Virus record (IMG/VR): IMGVR_UViG_3300029479_000005 | Reading direction: 5' to 3' (one strand) | Source: a virus | DNA length: 58,493 nt | Shown: positions 36,655-45,090 of the stretch, piece by piece | Layout: every line of letters begins with the position of its first letter | Position numbering within the stretch: the stretch's first letter is position 1 | The notes under the pieces: model-generated | The model's input: the letters and a program-made list of their open reading frames with translations, nothing else | Told to the model about the DNA's origin: nothing | Database searches by the model: none | Program-made: the position numbers and the translations under genes

Positions 36655-36685
36655 TCCGCAAAATTTACAAGGCATATTATGAAAG
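36655..36685 (+). promoter_or_regulatory. promoter-like motif family member (CCGCAAAATTTACAAGGCATATTATGAAAGG)
   Basis: Copy 4 of 11; almost identical to copy 1. Confidence 0.35.
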
Positions 36686-36697
36686 GAAGTGTTGAAC

Positions 36698-36877
36698 ATG
36701 AGAAACAAAATCAAAACATTCTTAAAGGACAAGAAAAAAGAAATTATTATGATTGGAGCGGTATTGACTACAGCTTGTATTGGCGGATATATAGGGGCTA
36801 ATACGGGAAATCGTTATGCACAATTTCATATTAATTTAATTGGTCCTGATGGGGATAAAATAAAAGAGATTGTTTAA
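36698..36877 (+). CDS. small membrane protein (59 aa)
   Basis: AAAGGAAG ribosome-binding site; hydrophobic segment IIMIGAVLTTACIGGYIGA. Confidence 0.45.
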   Translation: MRNKIKTFLKDKKKEIIMIGAVLTTACIGGYIGANTGNRYAQFHINLIGPDGDKIKEIV

Positions 36878-36884
36878 CGTTGGC

Positions 36885-36911
36885 GAAAGATCGAGTCCTA
36901 ACAAGGGCTCT
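36885..36911 (+). terminator. rho-independent terminator, GAGTCCTAACAAGGGCTC family (copy 3)
   Basis: Hairpin plus T-run. Confidence 0.65.
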
Positions 36912-36931
36912 TTCTTTTTCGGGAGGAAAGA

Positions 36932-37294
36932 ATGCGGTATCATTACGAAAAACCACCTATTTACTTATCAATGTATGGAAAACTATATATTTGTAATCAT
37001 CCTGTATATGATAGCTGTACCCTGTTCGAAATAAATGAATTGGGATTAGCTGTTATACAGCAACGGTATGATGCCGAAACCAAAAGCACTTGGTGGAGTG
37101 AGGTTGATCCGTGGCTTACTGATGAAATATATTTGAATCCTTATTTTAAAGGATATTTTGAACAACGATCAAAAAAGTGTTCTGACGACGGCTTATATCC
37201 AACGGTTACAGTTCGGCAAATAATGTGGGCTCTGAAAATGAAGCCTTTATCACGAGAGAGATGGGAAACTGTATTCGATAGACGTGATATTTGA
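36932..37294 (+). CDS. hypothetical protein (120 aa)
   Basis: GGGAGGAAAG ribosome-binding site. Confidence 0.5.
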   Translation: MRYHYEKPPIYLSMYGKLYICNHPVYDSCTLFEINELGLAVIQQRYDAETKSTWWSEVDPWLTDEIYLNPYFKGYFEQRSKKCSDDGLYPTVTVRQIMWALKMKPLSRERWETVFDRRDI

Positions 37295-37296
37295 AA

Positions 37297-37326
37297 TACG
37301 CATAAAAAACAATGTGTATTATGGAA
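37297..37326 (+). promoter_or_regulatory. promoter-like motif family member (TACGCATAAAAAACAATGTGTATTATGGAA)
   Basis: Copy 5 of 11. Confidence 0.35.
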
Positions 37327-37366
37327 ACAATAGACCAAGAGTTTATATTTTGAAAGGAGAATTATT

Positions 37367-37585
37367 ATGTTAGAAACATCAAAAAAATTATTCCGGGAGA
37401 TTGGAGAGGTAGGATTTTTAGTGAGTAAGCTAATTGAGGAGAGACCAAACGATCCTTTAATAGCTATGATCGCTTCAAAAACCGCCGAACTAACTACAAC
37501 AGGAATGGCATGTATGGATAAACAAAGGGAATTCACAGGCAGACTTGAAAAATTACTCAATTCTGTTGTTCCCAATGAACAATAA
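37367..37585 (+). CDS. small protein (72 aa; MLETSKKLFREIGE…), paralogue of 37940..38167
   Basis: The upstream leader and N-terminus are duplicated at 37863-37960. Confidence 0.55.
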   Translation: MLETSKKLFREIGEVGFLVSKLIEERPNDPLIAMIASKTAELTTTGMACMDKQREFTGRLEKLLNSVVPNEQ

Positions 37586-37592
37586 GGAAACA

Positions 37593-37621
37593 GAGTCCTA
37601 ACAAGGGCTCTTTTCTTTTTA
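37593..37621 (+). terminator. rho-independent terminator, GAGTCCTAACAAGGGCTC family (copy 4)
   Basis: Hairpin plus T-run. Confidence 0.65.
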
Positions 37622-37622
37622 T

Positions 37623-37654
37623 ACGCACGATAAACACTCCCTTTTATGAAAGGA
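37623..37654 (+). promoter_or_regulatory. promoter-like motif family member (TACGCACGATAAACA…TTTTATGAAAGG)
   Basis: Copy 6 of 11. Confidence 0.3.
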
Positions 37655-37665
37655 GACGTGATAAA

Positions 37666-37836
37666 ATGTTTTTAATGGCAATTTTATTAGTTATGCTGAT
37701 TCTCTTAACAGCTTTTATTATAATGGCTGTAGGCACAGGAGGTGCTATTTGCATTATAGTATTCGGAGATGTAATCGTATGCATAGCAGGAATAATATGG
37801 TTTATAAAAAGACAATTTGACAAAAAATCTCATTAA
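37666..37836 (+). CDS. small hydrophobic membrane protein (56 aa; MFLMAILLVMLILLTAFIIMAVGTGGAICIIVFGDVIVCIAGIIWFIKRQFDKKSH)
   Basis: Translated by hand; AAAGGAG ribosome-binding site 9 nt upstream; below the size cutoff of the supplied ORF track. Confidence 0.5.
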   Translation: MFLMAILLVMLILLTAFIIMAVGTGGAICIIVFGDVIVCIAGIIWFIKRQFDKKSH

Positions 37837-37842
37837 AGAATT

Positions 37843-37870
37843 GAGTCCTAACAAGGACTCTCTTCTTTTT
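37843..37870 (+). terminator. rho-independent terminator, GAGTCCTAACAAGGACTC family (copy 5)
   Basis: Hairpin plus T-run. Confidence 0.65.
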
Positions 37871-37900
37871 ACGCGAAAAAAACAATGTGTATTATGGAAA
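37870..37900 (+). promoter_or_regulatory. promoter-like motif family member (TACGCGAAAAAAACAATGTGTATTATGGAA)
   Basis: Copy 7 of 11; consensus copy. Confidence 0.35.
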
Positions 37901-37939
37901 CAATAAACCACGAGTTTATATTTTGAAAGGAGAATTATT

Positions 37940-38167
37940 ATGTTAGAAACAACAAACAAATTAATCGAAGAAATGGATGAACTAAAAAAGATGGTAATGA
38001 CGGAGGTTATTCACGGCAATATCGATATAGATATAGAAGATATGTCGGAAATCAAATTCTTAATGAAATCTTTTAAGGCATTAAATTTAAGTATGAGATT
38101 AATGAAAGAACAGGCAGAAAAACTTGATTCGATGGAAGAAAAACTCGATAAATTATTGTCGAAGTAA
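37940..38167 (+). CDS. small protein (75 aa; MLETTNKLIEEMDE…), paralogue of 37367..37585
   Basis: Duplicated cassette. Confidence 0.55.
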   Translation: MLETTNKLIEEMDELKKMVMTEVIHGNIDIDIEDMSEIKFLMKSFKALNLSMRLMKEQAEKLDSMEEKLDKLLSK

Positions 38168-38179
38168 CAATAAGGAAAC

Positions 38180-38216
38180 AGAGTCCTAACAAGGGCTCTT
38201 TTCTTTTATTTTTTCT
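38180..38216 (+). terminator. rho-independent terminator, GAGTCCTAACAAGGGCTC family (copy 6)
   Basis: Hairpin plus T-run. Confidence 0.65.
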
Positions 38217-38236
38217 GATGGGAGGAGGTGAATAGA

Positions 38237-38995
38237 ATGAATAAATTATTAAGTAAAACAGGATGTTTCTTTAAGAAAAACGTAGCTACCATTCTTACTG
38301 GTATAGGTACGGCAGGTGTAGTTATTACTGCTGTTAGTGCAATTAAAGCGACACCTAAAGCTTTATATTCTATAGAAGAAGCAGAAAAAGAAAAAGGTGA
38401 TAAATTATCGAATAAAGAAAAAATCATAACTACGACTCATATATATCTACCTACTATAATTATAGGTGTTTCAACTATAGCTTGTATATTAGGTGCAAAT
38501 GTTTTAAACAAAAAGCAACAAGCATCTCTCATAAGTGCATATGCTTTGCTACAAAAATCGTATAATGAATATCGCGATAAAGTTGATGAGTTGTATGAGA
38601 ATAGCAGTATTGTAGATAAAGAGATAGCAAAAGATGTTTATGATAATACAAAACCATCGGTATCGTCTGATGAAAAATGTTTATTTTATGATATGTTTTC
38701 AAAAAGATATTTCGAATCAAATAAAGTAGATGTAATAGCGGCAGAGTATCATTTTAACAGGAATTTCACATTGCGTGGGTATGCTACGTTAAATGAACTA
38801 TATGAGTTTTTAGGCGTTGATAAAATCGATGGTGGAGATTCCATAGGTTGGAGTATAGATGCCGGTTTGGCATTTTATGGCTATAGCTGGGTTGATTTCG
38901 AACACGATTTTGTAACGACCGATGACGGTATGGAAGTATGTTTGATTTCCATGCCATTTGCGCCAACATCCGACTATCTCGATAGTTGGTTGTGA
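38237..38995 (+). CDS. 2-TM membrane protein, paralogue A of a three-member family (252 aa)
   Basis: Shares the N-terminal TM (…ILTGIGTAGVVITAVSAIKATPKA), a second TM, and the C-terminal motifs (YD.FSKRYFES; LNELYEFLG…GW.ID) with 39555..40316 and 42000..42941. Confidence 0.6.
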   Translation: MNKLLSKTGCFFKKNVATILTGIGTAGVVITAVSAIKATPKALYSIEEAEKEKGDKLSNKEKIITTTHIYLPTIIIGVSTIACILGANVLNKKQQASLISAYALLQKSYNEYRDKVDELYENSSIVDKEIAKDVYDNTKPSVSSDEKCLFYDMFSKRYFESNKVDVIAAEYHFNRNFTLRGYATLNELYEFLGVDKIDGGDSIGWSIDAGLAFYGYSWVDFEHDFVTTDDGMEVCLISMPFAPTSDYLDSWL

Positions 38996-39025
38996 ACACG
39001 CGTAAATAACAATCTCTATTATGAA
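38996..39025 (+). promoter_or_regulatory. promoter-like motif family member (CACGCGTAAATAACAATCTCTATTATGAAG)
   Basis: Copy 8 of 11. Confidence 0.3.
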
Positions 39026-39041
39026 GGGAGGTGAATGCTTT

Positions 39042-39194
39042 ATGATAAACATTAAGCAAATAATGAAAGTAGCAAAACCGCTTATATCAGTATTAGCTAT
39101 CGCAGTACCGATTGCGAGCAGTTTGACAGAAAAAGCGGAAATGAAAGAAACAATTGCAAAAGAAGTAGCAAAAGCAGTCGCTGATAAACAATAA
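39042..39194 (+). CDS. small protein with an N-terminal TM (50 aa; MINIKQIMKVAKPLISVLAIAVPIASSLTEK…)
   Basis: Translated by hand; GGGAGGTG ribosome-binding site; below the size cutoff of the supplied ORF track. Confidence 0.45.
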   Translation: MINIKQIMKVAKPLISVLAIAVPIASSLTEKAEMKETIAKEVAKAVADKQ

Positions 39195-39200
39195 GAAAAC

Positions 39201-39228
39201 AGAGTCCTAACAAGGGCTCTTTCTTTTT
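39201..39228 (+). terminator. rho-independent terminator, GAGTCCTAACAAGGGCTC family (copy 7)
   Basis: Hairpin plus T-run. Confidence 0.65.
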
Positions 39229-39247
39229 CTTGAAAGGAGATATGTAT

Positions 39248-39541
39248 ATGAATTCACCCAATAAGGCAGCGGTGGAGATTGTAAAAAATTATACATACTA
39301 TTTAGAGGAATTGGGTATATGGTATGGATATTCTTTTTTAGAAGTTTGCAATTCCAAATGGGCGGCAGAAGAACTTATTGATATTTTATTAAAAGACATG
39401 TCAATACCGCCATTGTGTGTTGTCGAGAGGTTTAGAGATGAAATGTATCGACTTTCTACACTGAATAAAAAGACAGAACACGTATTCTCAATAGCAGTTT
39501 GTGTTGCTGAGGATATTATGGATCAATTAATCAATAATTGA
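39248..39541 (+). CDS. hypothetical protein (97 aa)
   Basis: AAAGGAG ribosome-binding site 8 nt upstream of the ATG at 39248. Confidence 0.45.
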   Translation: MNSPNKAAVEIVKNYTYYLEELGIWYGYSFLEVCNSKWAAEELIDILLKDMSIPPLCVVERFRDEMYRLSTLNKKTEHVFSIAVCVAEDIMDQLINN

Positions 39542-39554
39542 AAGGAGAAATATT

Positions 39555-40316
39555 ATGTCTAAAAATTTGTCAATGATAACGAAAAATATAGGCAGAAAAT
39601 TAAAAAAGCACAGCCCTGAAATATTAACAGGTATAGGAATTGCAGGTATGATTTCGGCTACGGTGATGGCTGTGAGAGCAACTCCCAAAGCTTTACAAAA
39701 TATTGAACATGAAAAAAAAGAGCAGAATGTAACTAAGTTACCACTTATTGAAATGGCAAAATGTACTTGGAAATCTTATATTCCATCAGCGGTAACTATA
39801 ATTGTTTCTTCGGTATGCTTAGTTGGTGCTTCTACTGTTAGCTTTAAAAGAAACACTGCTTTAGCAACTGCTTATGCTATGACAGAGGCTACATTAAAAA
39901 GCTACCAAGAAAAAGTAGTGGAAACTATAGGTGAAAAGAAAGCAGACGCAATAAAAACGAAAGTTGTAAAAGAAAAGATGGATAGCAATCCGATAAATAA
40001 TAAAGAGGTGATAATTACAACCAAAGGAGATACACTTTGTTATGATTCAGTGAGTGGTCGATATTTTAAATCAGATATAGACACTATTAAAAAAATAGTA
40101 AATGAACTAAACAGGCGAATGCTTAGCGAGTCGTATATATCTTTGAATGATTTCTATTATGAACTCGGGTTGAGTTTTACTAAAATGGGTGACCAATTAG
40201 GTTGGAATATAGATAGAGGTCTAATAGATATATCATATGTGCCACTATTGGCGGACGATGGAAATCCGTGTTTAGCTATGGAGTACACAGTTTCACCGGA
40301 GTACGATTATTGTTAA
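39555..40316 (+). CDS. 2-TM membrane protein, paralogue B (253 aa)
   Basis: Motifs KKHSPEILTGIGIAGMISATVMAVRATPKA and …LNDFYYELG…LGWNIDRG. Confidence 0.6.
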   Translation: MSKNLSMITKNIGRKLKKHSPEILTGIGIAGMISATVMAVRATPKALQNIEHEKKEQNVTKLPLIEMAKCTWKSYIPSAVTIIVSSVCLVGASTVSFKRNTALATAYAMTEATLKSYQEKVVETIGEKKADAIKTKVVKEKMDSNPINNKEVIITTKGDTLCYDSVSGRYFKSDIDTIKKIVNELNRRMLSESYISLNDFYYELGLSFTKMGDQLGWNIDRGLIDISYVPLLADDGNPCLAMEYTVSPEYDYC

Positions 40317-40322
40317 ATTAAA

Positions 40323-40352
40323 TACGCGAAAAAAACAATGTGTATTATGGAA
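40323..40352 (+). promoter_or_regulatory. promoter-like motif family member (TACGCGAAAAAAACAATGTGTATTATGGAA)
   Basis: Copy 9 of 11; identical to copy 7. Confidence 0.35.
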
Positions 40353-40395
40353 GAATAATCTTTCAAGTTTTTATATTTTTAAGGAGGAAAATGAA

Positions 40396-40638
40396 ATGAA
40401 TGAAGAACTTATGACAAATGACGAAATTGAAGTAGTCGGAGAACCAGAGGAAGTAATGGACGAGCGTTCAGGTATGCCAACAGGATTGGCTATGCTTATC
40501 GGAGGTGGAATAACATTGGCAGTAGTAGCCGGTGTTAAGAAGGTGAAGAATGTATTAGTCAAGCGTAAGGCAAAGAACGAAGAACCCGTTATGGTGGTTT
40601 CGGATAATGAAAATGAAATCATTGAAGAGGAAGAATGA
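40396..40638 (+). CDS. small membrane protein with acidic termini (80 aa)
   Basis: AAGGAGG ribosome-binding site; TM at GLAMLIGGGITLAVVAGV. Confidence 0.5.
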   Translation: MNEELMTNDEIEVVGEPEEVMDERSGMPTGLAMLIGGGITLAVVAGVKKVKNVLVKRKAKNEEPVMVVSDNENEIIEEEE

Positions 40639-40730
40639 TCCAAATAAAAACTGAACAGAATTCGAAAAAGGGAAGATACCTTTAACTAGGTATTTTCTCT
40701 TTTATTTTTTATTGAGAGGAATATCGCAGA

Positions 40731-40922
40731 ATGAATAAATACATATACAAAGGTCCAGTAAAAAAATTCGATACCGTGGTCGAAACAAATTGGACCGGAA
40801 CAACATACGCAATATCTGAAATAAAAGCCAGGAGTAATTTGGCATATCAGTATAAGAAAAATAATAACCTGACTGCAAGAACAAGGGTATCATTACCTGG
40901 GAAAATAGAATTGGCTAAATGA
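40731..40922 (+). CDS. hypothetical protein (63 aa)
   Basis: GAGAGGAA ribosome-binding site. Confidence 0.4.
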   Translation: MNKYIYKGPVKKFDTVVETNWTGTTYAISEIKARSNLAYQYKKNNNLTARTRVSLPGKIELAK

Positions 40923-40936
40923 AAGGAGGAGTGATC

Positions 40937-41539
40937 ATGGAAAATTACCCATCTAATTCTCATAAAACTAGAGAACAAAACACTGATAAAAAAGTAGAAA
41001 AAGTTGTTTCAGGGAAGACATCAACTAAGAAAAAGTCAGGCATACGCAAGTTGTCTGACACGTTTCTTAGCGAAGATATTGGTAATGTAAAGAATTATAT
41101 TTTTGCAGAGGTATTATTACCAGCAGCCAAGAAATTGGTGTCGGATATTGTTACCAATGGCATCGATATGATGTTATATGGTGAAATCAAAAATAAAAAA
41201 GGCAATTCGTCTAAGGTTTCTTACAGTCGTTATTATGATGACAGACGAGATAGGGATAGGAGCAGAGATTACAGAACCTCATCTATCCGAAGTGGTTTTG
41301 ATTTTGACGAGATTATATTTGAAACGCGTGGGGATGCTGAAGCGGTCCTCGATGCAATGTATGATATTCTAAATCAATATAAAGTTATATCAGTTGCAGA
41401 ACTGTATGATTTAGCAAGTATCACGACGCACAATTATACATGTAATAATTACGGTTGGGTGGACCTCAGAGGATCAAGCGTTGTTCGGGTGCGAGACGGT
41501 TATATTTTAAAGTTACCAAGAGCTTTAGCGATAGATTAA
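40937..41539 (+). CDS. hypothetical protein with a basic N-terminus and an RD/RS-rich middle (200 aa)
   Basis: AAAGGAGG ribosome-binding site 7 nt upstream of the ATG at 40937. Confidence 0.45.
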   Translation: MENYPSNSHKTREQNTDKKVEKVVSGKTSTKKKSGIRKLSDTFLSEDIGNVKNYIFAEVLLPAAKKLVSDIVTNGIDMMLYGEIKNKKGNSSKVSYSRYYDDRRDRDRSRDYRTSSIRSGFDFDEIIFETRGDAEAVLDAMYDILNQYKVISVAELYDLASITTHNYTCNNYGWVDLRGSSVVRVRDGYILKLPRALAID

Positions 41540-41553
41540 GAAAGGAGATTATT

Positions 41554-41730
41554 ATGAAAACATATATTTTAGAGTATATAGTATACACAAGAATTATAGA
41601 CGGTATGTTGGTATCGGAACGAAAGCAGAAAGAAGTACGTTCGAAAACATTACAAGGAGCTATAAAAAGATTATATTTGGAATCTGAAAAGAACTTTGGG
41701 GGATTAACGGCAATTCTAAAGGAGGGATGA
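41554..41730 (+). CDS. hypothetical protein (58 aa)
   Basis: AAAGGAG ribosome-binding site. Confidence 0.4.
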   Translation: MKTYILEYIVYTRIIDGMLVSERKQKEVRSKTLQGAIKRLYLESEKNFGGLTAILKEG

Positions 41731-41733
41731 TTT

Positions 41734-41997
41734 ATGTATGAATCAAAAGATGTGATGGTGAGTCATCCATCGCATTATAAATCGAAAAATGGTATGGAAG
41801 TAATTGATGTGATTGAGGCTTTTACTTCTGAATTAAAAGGTATTGAAGCTACGGATACGGGAAACGTCATAAAATATATTTGCCGTTGGAAGAATAAAAA
41901 CGGCATCCAAGATCTGGAGAAAGCTGAGTGGTATTTAGTGCATCTAATAGATCATGTGAGATCTTTAAACGAAAACAAAGAAAAGGAGAATAAATAA
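41734..41997 (+). CDS. DUF3310-like phage protein (87 aa)
   Basis: The N-terminal motif VSHPSHYKSKNGMEVIDVIEA resembles the DUF3310 signature (HP.HY…G.E.ID.I). Confidence 0.45.
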   Translation: MYESKDVMVSHPSHYKSKNGMEVIDVIEAFTSELKGIEATDTGNVIKYICRWKNKNGIQDLEKAEWYLVHLIDHVRSLNENKEKENK

Positions 41998-41999
41998 TT

Positions 42000-42941
42000 A
42001 TGAATGCGAAAATTACAATAAATAGAATAGGATTACAAATAAAAAAACACAGCCCTGAAATCATGATGGTTGCAGGTGTTGTAGGAACTGTTGTGGGCGC
42101 TGTTATGGCTTGTAAAGCAACTACTAAAATCGATGATATATTGAACGAGACAAAAAACAACGTTGACAAGATACACGCTGCTGAAGAAAAAGGCCAAATA
42201 ACTACCGATAAAGATGGTGAACTTATAATTGAGGAGTATACAGCGGACGATTGTAAAAAAGACTTAAGTATAACATACGCCAAAACAGGTCTGGAATTAG
42301 CTAAGATTTATGCGCCGGCAGTCGTGTTAGGAGCAATAAGCATCGCGTCCATATTAGCTGCTCATAATGTACTTCGTAAGCGTAACGTTGCTTTGATGGC
42401 TGCATACACGGCTATCGATAATAATTTTAAAGATTATCGCAAACGTGTTATCACCAGATTTGGTGAGAAAATCGATAAAGAGCTAAAGTGCGGAGTGAGA
42501 ACGGAAAACGTTACCGAAACAATTGTAGATGAAAATGGTGAAGAAAAAACTGTTGAAAAAACAGTTACAATAGTTGATGATGTAACAACATCAGAGTATA
42601 GACGTGTTTTCGATGCCGGTAATGCGGGTTGGGAAAAAGATGCAGACCATAATCTTTTCTTCTTAAGATCAGTTCAAAATTGGGCAAATGAGGTTTTAAA
42701 AGATAGAGGGCATATTTTTTTAAACGAGTTGTACGATCAACTCGGATATGAAAGAACAAAAGCGGGACAAATCGTCGGATGGGTTTATAGACCGGACGAT
42801 GTTGAGTATAAAGGTGATGGCTATGTTGATTTTGGAATTTATGATTATACACAGCAGGTAAATCGCAATTTCTTGGACGGAGACGACCCAACAGTTATAT
42901 TAACATTTAATGTGGACGGACCAATATATGATCTGATATAG
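42000..42941 (+). CDS. 2-TM membrane protein, paralogue C (313 aa)
   Basis: Motifs KKHSPEIMMVAGVVGTVVGAVMACKATTK and …LNELYDQLG…IVGW. Confidence 0.6.
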   Translation: MNAKITINRIGLQIKKHSPEIMMVAGVVGTVVGAVMACKATTKIDDILNETKNNVDKIHAAEEKGQITTDKDGELIIEEYTADDCKKDLSITYAKTGLELAKIYAPAVVLGAISIASILAAHNVLRKRNVALMAAYTAIDNNFKDYRKRVITRFGEKIDKELKCGVRTENVTETIVDENGEEKTVEKTVTIVDDVTTSEYRRVFDAGNAGWEKDADHNLFFLRSVQNWANEVLKDRGHIFLNELYDQLGYERTKAGQIVGWVYRPDDVEYKGDGYVDFGIYDYTQQVNRNFLDGDDPTVILTFNVDGPIYDLI

Positions 42942-42953
42942 GAGGAATGTGAT

Positions 42954-43472
42954 ATGAAAAAATTATTAGCTATATTATTCGCAGTAACGACTTTAAATAC
43001 TGCATCCGCTTCGGCAACAGAGTACATAGATATATCAACACCGAATATTGATAGTTCGTTTAAGACGTACATGGATTATAGAACAATTACAAGTCAGTCC
43101 AGCGATCAGTATAAATATATTGATCGTTGGGGATGGTCGGATTATGACGGTTTTATGCGTTGCGATGGCGAACGTGATTTGGGAATCGAAAGTGATTATT
43201 ATCTTATTGCGATGGGAAGTTATTACGGCAGTGAAATTGGTTCTAAATATCGAATTACAACTGACACCGGTAATGTGTTTTACGGTTGTCTAGCAGATCA
43301 AAAAGATGATCGAGACACAAATTATACTCATCAATGGAGCTATAATAATGATGTTGTAGAATTCATAGTCGATACTCAAAAGTTACCTAATATTATAAAA
43401 TTACATGGCAATTGTAATGTATATATGCCGCTTAACGGTAAGGTAGCTAAAGTTGAAAAAATTATATTTTAA
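42954..43472 (+). CDS. secreted protein with a signal peptide (172 aa)
   Basis: MKKLLAILFAVTTLNTASASA followed by a hydrophilic domain. Confidence 0.5.
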   Translation: MKKLLAILFAVTTLNTASASATEYIDISTPNIDSSFKTYMDYRTITSQSSDQYKYIDRWGWSDYDGFMRCDGERDLGIESDYYLIAMGSYYGSEIGSKYRITTDTGNVFYGCLADQKDDRDTNYTHQWSYNNDVVEFIVDTQKLPNIIKLHGNCNVYMPLNGKVAKVEKIIF

Positions 43473-43483
43473 GGAGTATACAG

Positions 43484-43777
43484 ATGGGACAGGCAATAGC
43501 ATTTGGATTGATACTTGTTAGTATCAGTGCTATTATACATTTTAAAAAATATCAATTCAATAGATTAAAGACGAGAAAAAAATACGAACGCAGAAAAAAG
43601 ATATTTGAATATAAAAACAAAATGTTTGAAGAGATGTGCCGTTGGAATAAGGAACATCCTAAGCCTACATATACAGTCGCCGAACAAAATGTTGTATATA
43701 AAGGTGGCAGTGATCTTTTAGACGATGATGCGTTCAAGCAGGCGTTAAGAAGAAAAGGAGGTGTTACAAATGTATAA
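43484..43777 (+). CDS. membrane-anchored basic protein (97 aa)
   Basis: N-terminal TM. Confidence 0.45.
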   Translation: MGQAIAFGLILVSISAIIHFKKYQFNRLKTRKKYERRKKIFEYKNKMFEEMCRWNKEHPKPTYTVAEQNVVYKGGSDLLDDDAFKQALRRKGGVTNV

Positions 43778-43858
43778 CAGTTTGACTTTTATATTTGCGG
43801 CGATGGCTGGAATTTGTTTGATAGGTGGGTTAGCTGTATTGAAAGGAGGACGCTAATC

Positions 43859-44008
43859 ATGGAGGGATTGGATAATATTATTTATATGTTAGATGAAATG
43901 CTGGACACAAAAAGAAAGCGTCATATTACTGGCGGAATTTTATTGAGTATTTCCGCTTTGTTTGGCGGATTGGCTATAACAGTGATGTCTATTGGTAAAG
44001 AAGAGTAA
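43859..44008 (+). CDS. small membrane protein (49 aa)
   Basis: GAAAGGAGG ribosome-binding site 7 nt upstream of the ATG at 43859; C-terminal TM. Confidence 0.4.
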   Translation: MEGLDNIIYMLDEMLDTKRKRHITGGILLSISALFGGLAITVMSIGKEE

Positions 44009-44022
44009 AGGAGAAGAATATT

Positions 44023-44541
44023 ATGAGTGCTAAGAATTTTATATTTTGGGCTTGCGGTGCTATTTGTGGCTTTGGTGCGTCATATATGATGTTGAAAAGA
44101 AAATATGAAAATCTGATTCAGGAAGAAATTGAATCGGTCAAAGCGGTATATAAGAAAAACCAAGATGTTAAAGATAAAGAGACCGAAGAATCTCCGATCG
44201 ATAAGGCGGATTCGATAATAAATCAAAACGGATATAATCCGCTACGATATGGAGCTGTGAAATCAATACAAGTGATATCTCCCGATGAATTTGGAGATGA
44301 GCCAGATTATGAAAAGATTGAATTGTCATATTATGATGATGGTTTCTTAACAGATGATAATGATGAAATTATTAATGATTCGAAAAAAATAATAGGCGAT
44401 GCACTTGAGCATTTTGGTGAACATGAGGAAGATGTCGTTATGGTTGTTAATCATGAATTGCAAGTTTATTATGAAATCATAAGAGATACAAGGCGTTATG
44501 TGGATGTGGTGTCTAAAACACCATATAAAGTGGAGGTATAA
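44023..44541 (+). CDS. N-terminally membrane-anchored acidic protein (172 aa)
   Basis: GGAGAAG ribosome-binding site. Confidence 0.5.
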   Translation: MSAKNFIFWACGAICGFGASYMMLKRKYENLIQEEIESVKAVYKKNQDVKDKETEESPIDKADSIINQNGYNPLRYGAVKSIQVISPDEFGDEPDYEKIELSYYDDGFLTDDNDEIINDSKKIIGDALEHFGEHEEDVVMVVNHELQVYYEIIRDTRRYVDVVSKTPYKVEV

Positions 44542-45075
44542 ATGACAAAAGACGAGTTGGATAACGAATATTTTAAATGGATGTATCAGCTCGTAAGACC
44601 ATCACATGGATCGTATAAGATATTGCTTTGTCAATTGCATGGTATAATTTTTTATAATTTAATTGACATGGATGCTGATAGAGCAGAAGATGGTATAAAT
44701 CTTAGATATCGTTTTGGATATGAAAACGGTTACGAGAGTGCAATGATTGCATCCTGTCTCGACAATCGTCCATGTAGTGTACTAGAAATGATGGTGGCTC
44801 TCGCAATAAAAATCGAAGAACAAATAATGGATGATCCCGATATTGGTAACAGAACGGGTTTATGGTTTTGGAAGATGATTGAAAATCTCGGATTAAAAAC
44901 CATGCGCGATGCTGTAATCGATACTGATTATGTTGAGAAAATTATATTTCGATTCCTTGATAGAAATTATCAACGAGATGGATCAGGCGGATTATTCATA
45001 GTACATGGACATGGGGATCTTAGGAACGTTGAGATCTGGTATCAAATGTTATGGTACTTAAATGATATTTTATGA
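44542..45075 (+). CDS. hypothetical protein (177 aa)
   Basis: ORF translationally coupled to the preceding gene. Confidence 0.5.
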   Translation: MTKDELDNEYFKWMYQLVRPSHGSYKILLCQLHGIIFYNLIDMDADRAEDGINLRYRFGYENGYESAMIASCLDNRPCSVLEMMVALAIKIEEQIMDDPDIGNRTGLWFWKMIENLGLKTMRDAVIDTDYVEKIIFRFLDRNYQRDGSGGLFIVHGHGDLRNVEIWYQMLWYLNDIL

Positions 45076-45090
45076 TGGAGGTGATTTTTT

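Noticed and set aside
40644-40710. Possible terminator after the 40396..40638 gene (GAAGATACC…AGGTATTTTCTCTTTT)
   Set aside because: The stem is short and imperfect (one mismatch). Plausible but too weak to annotate.
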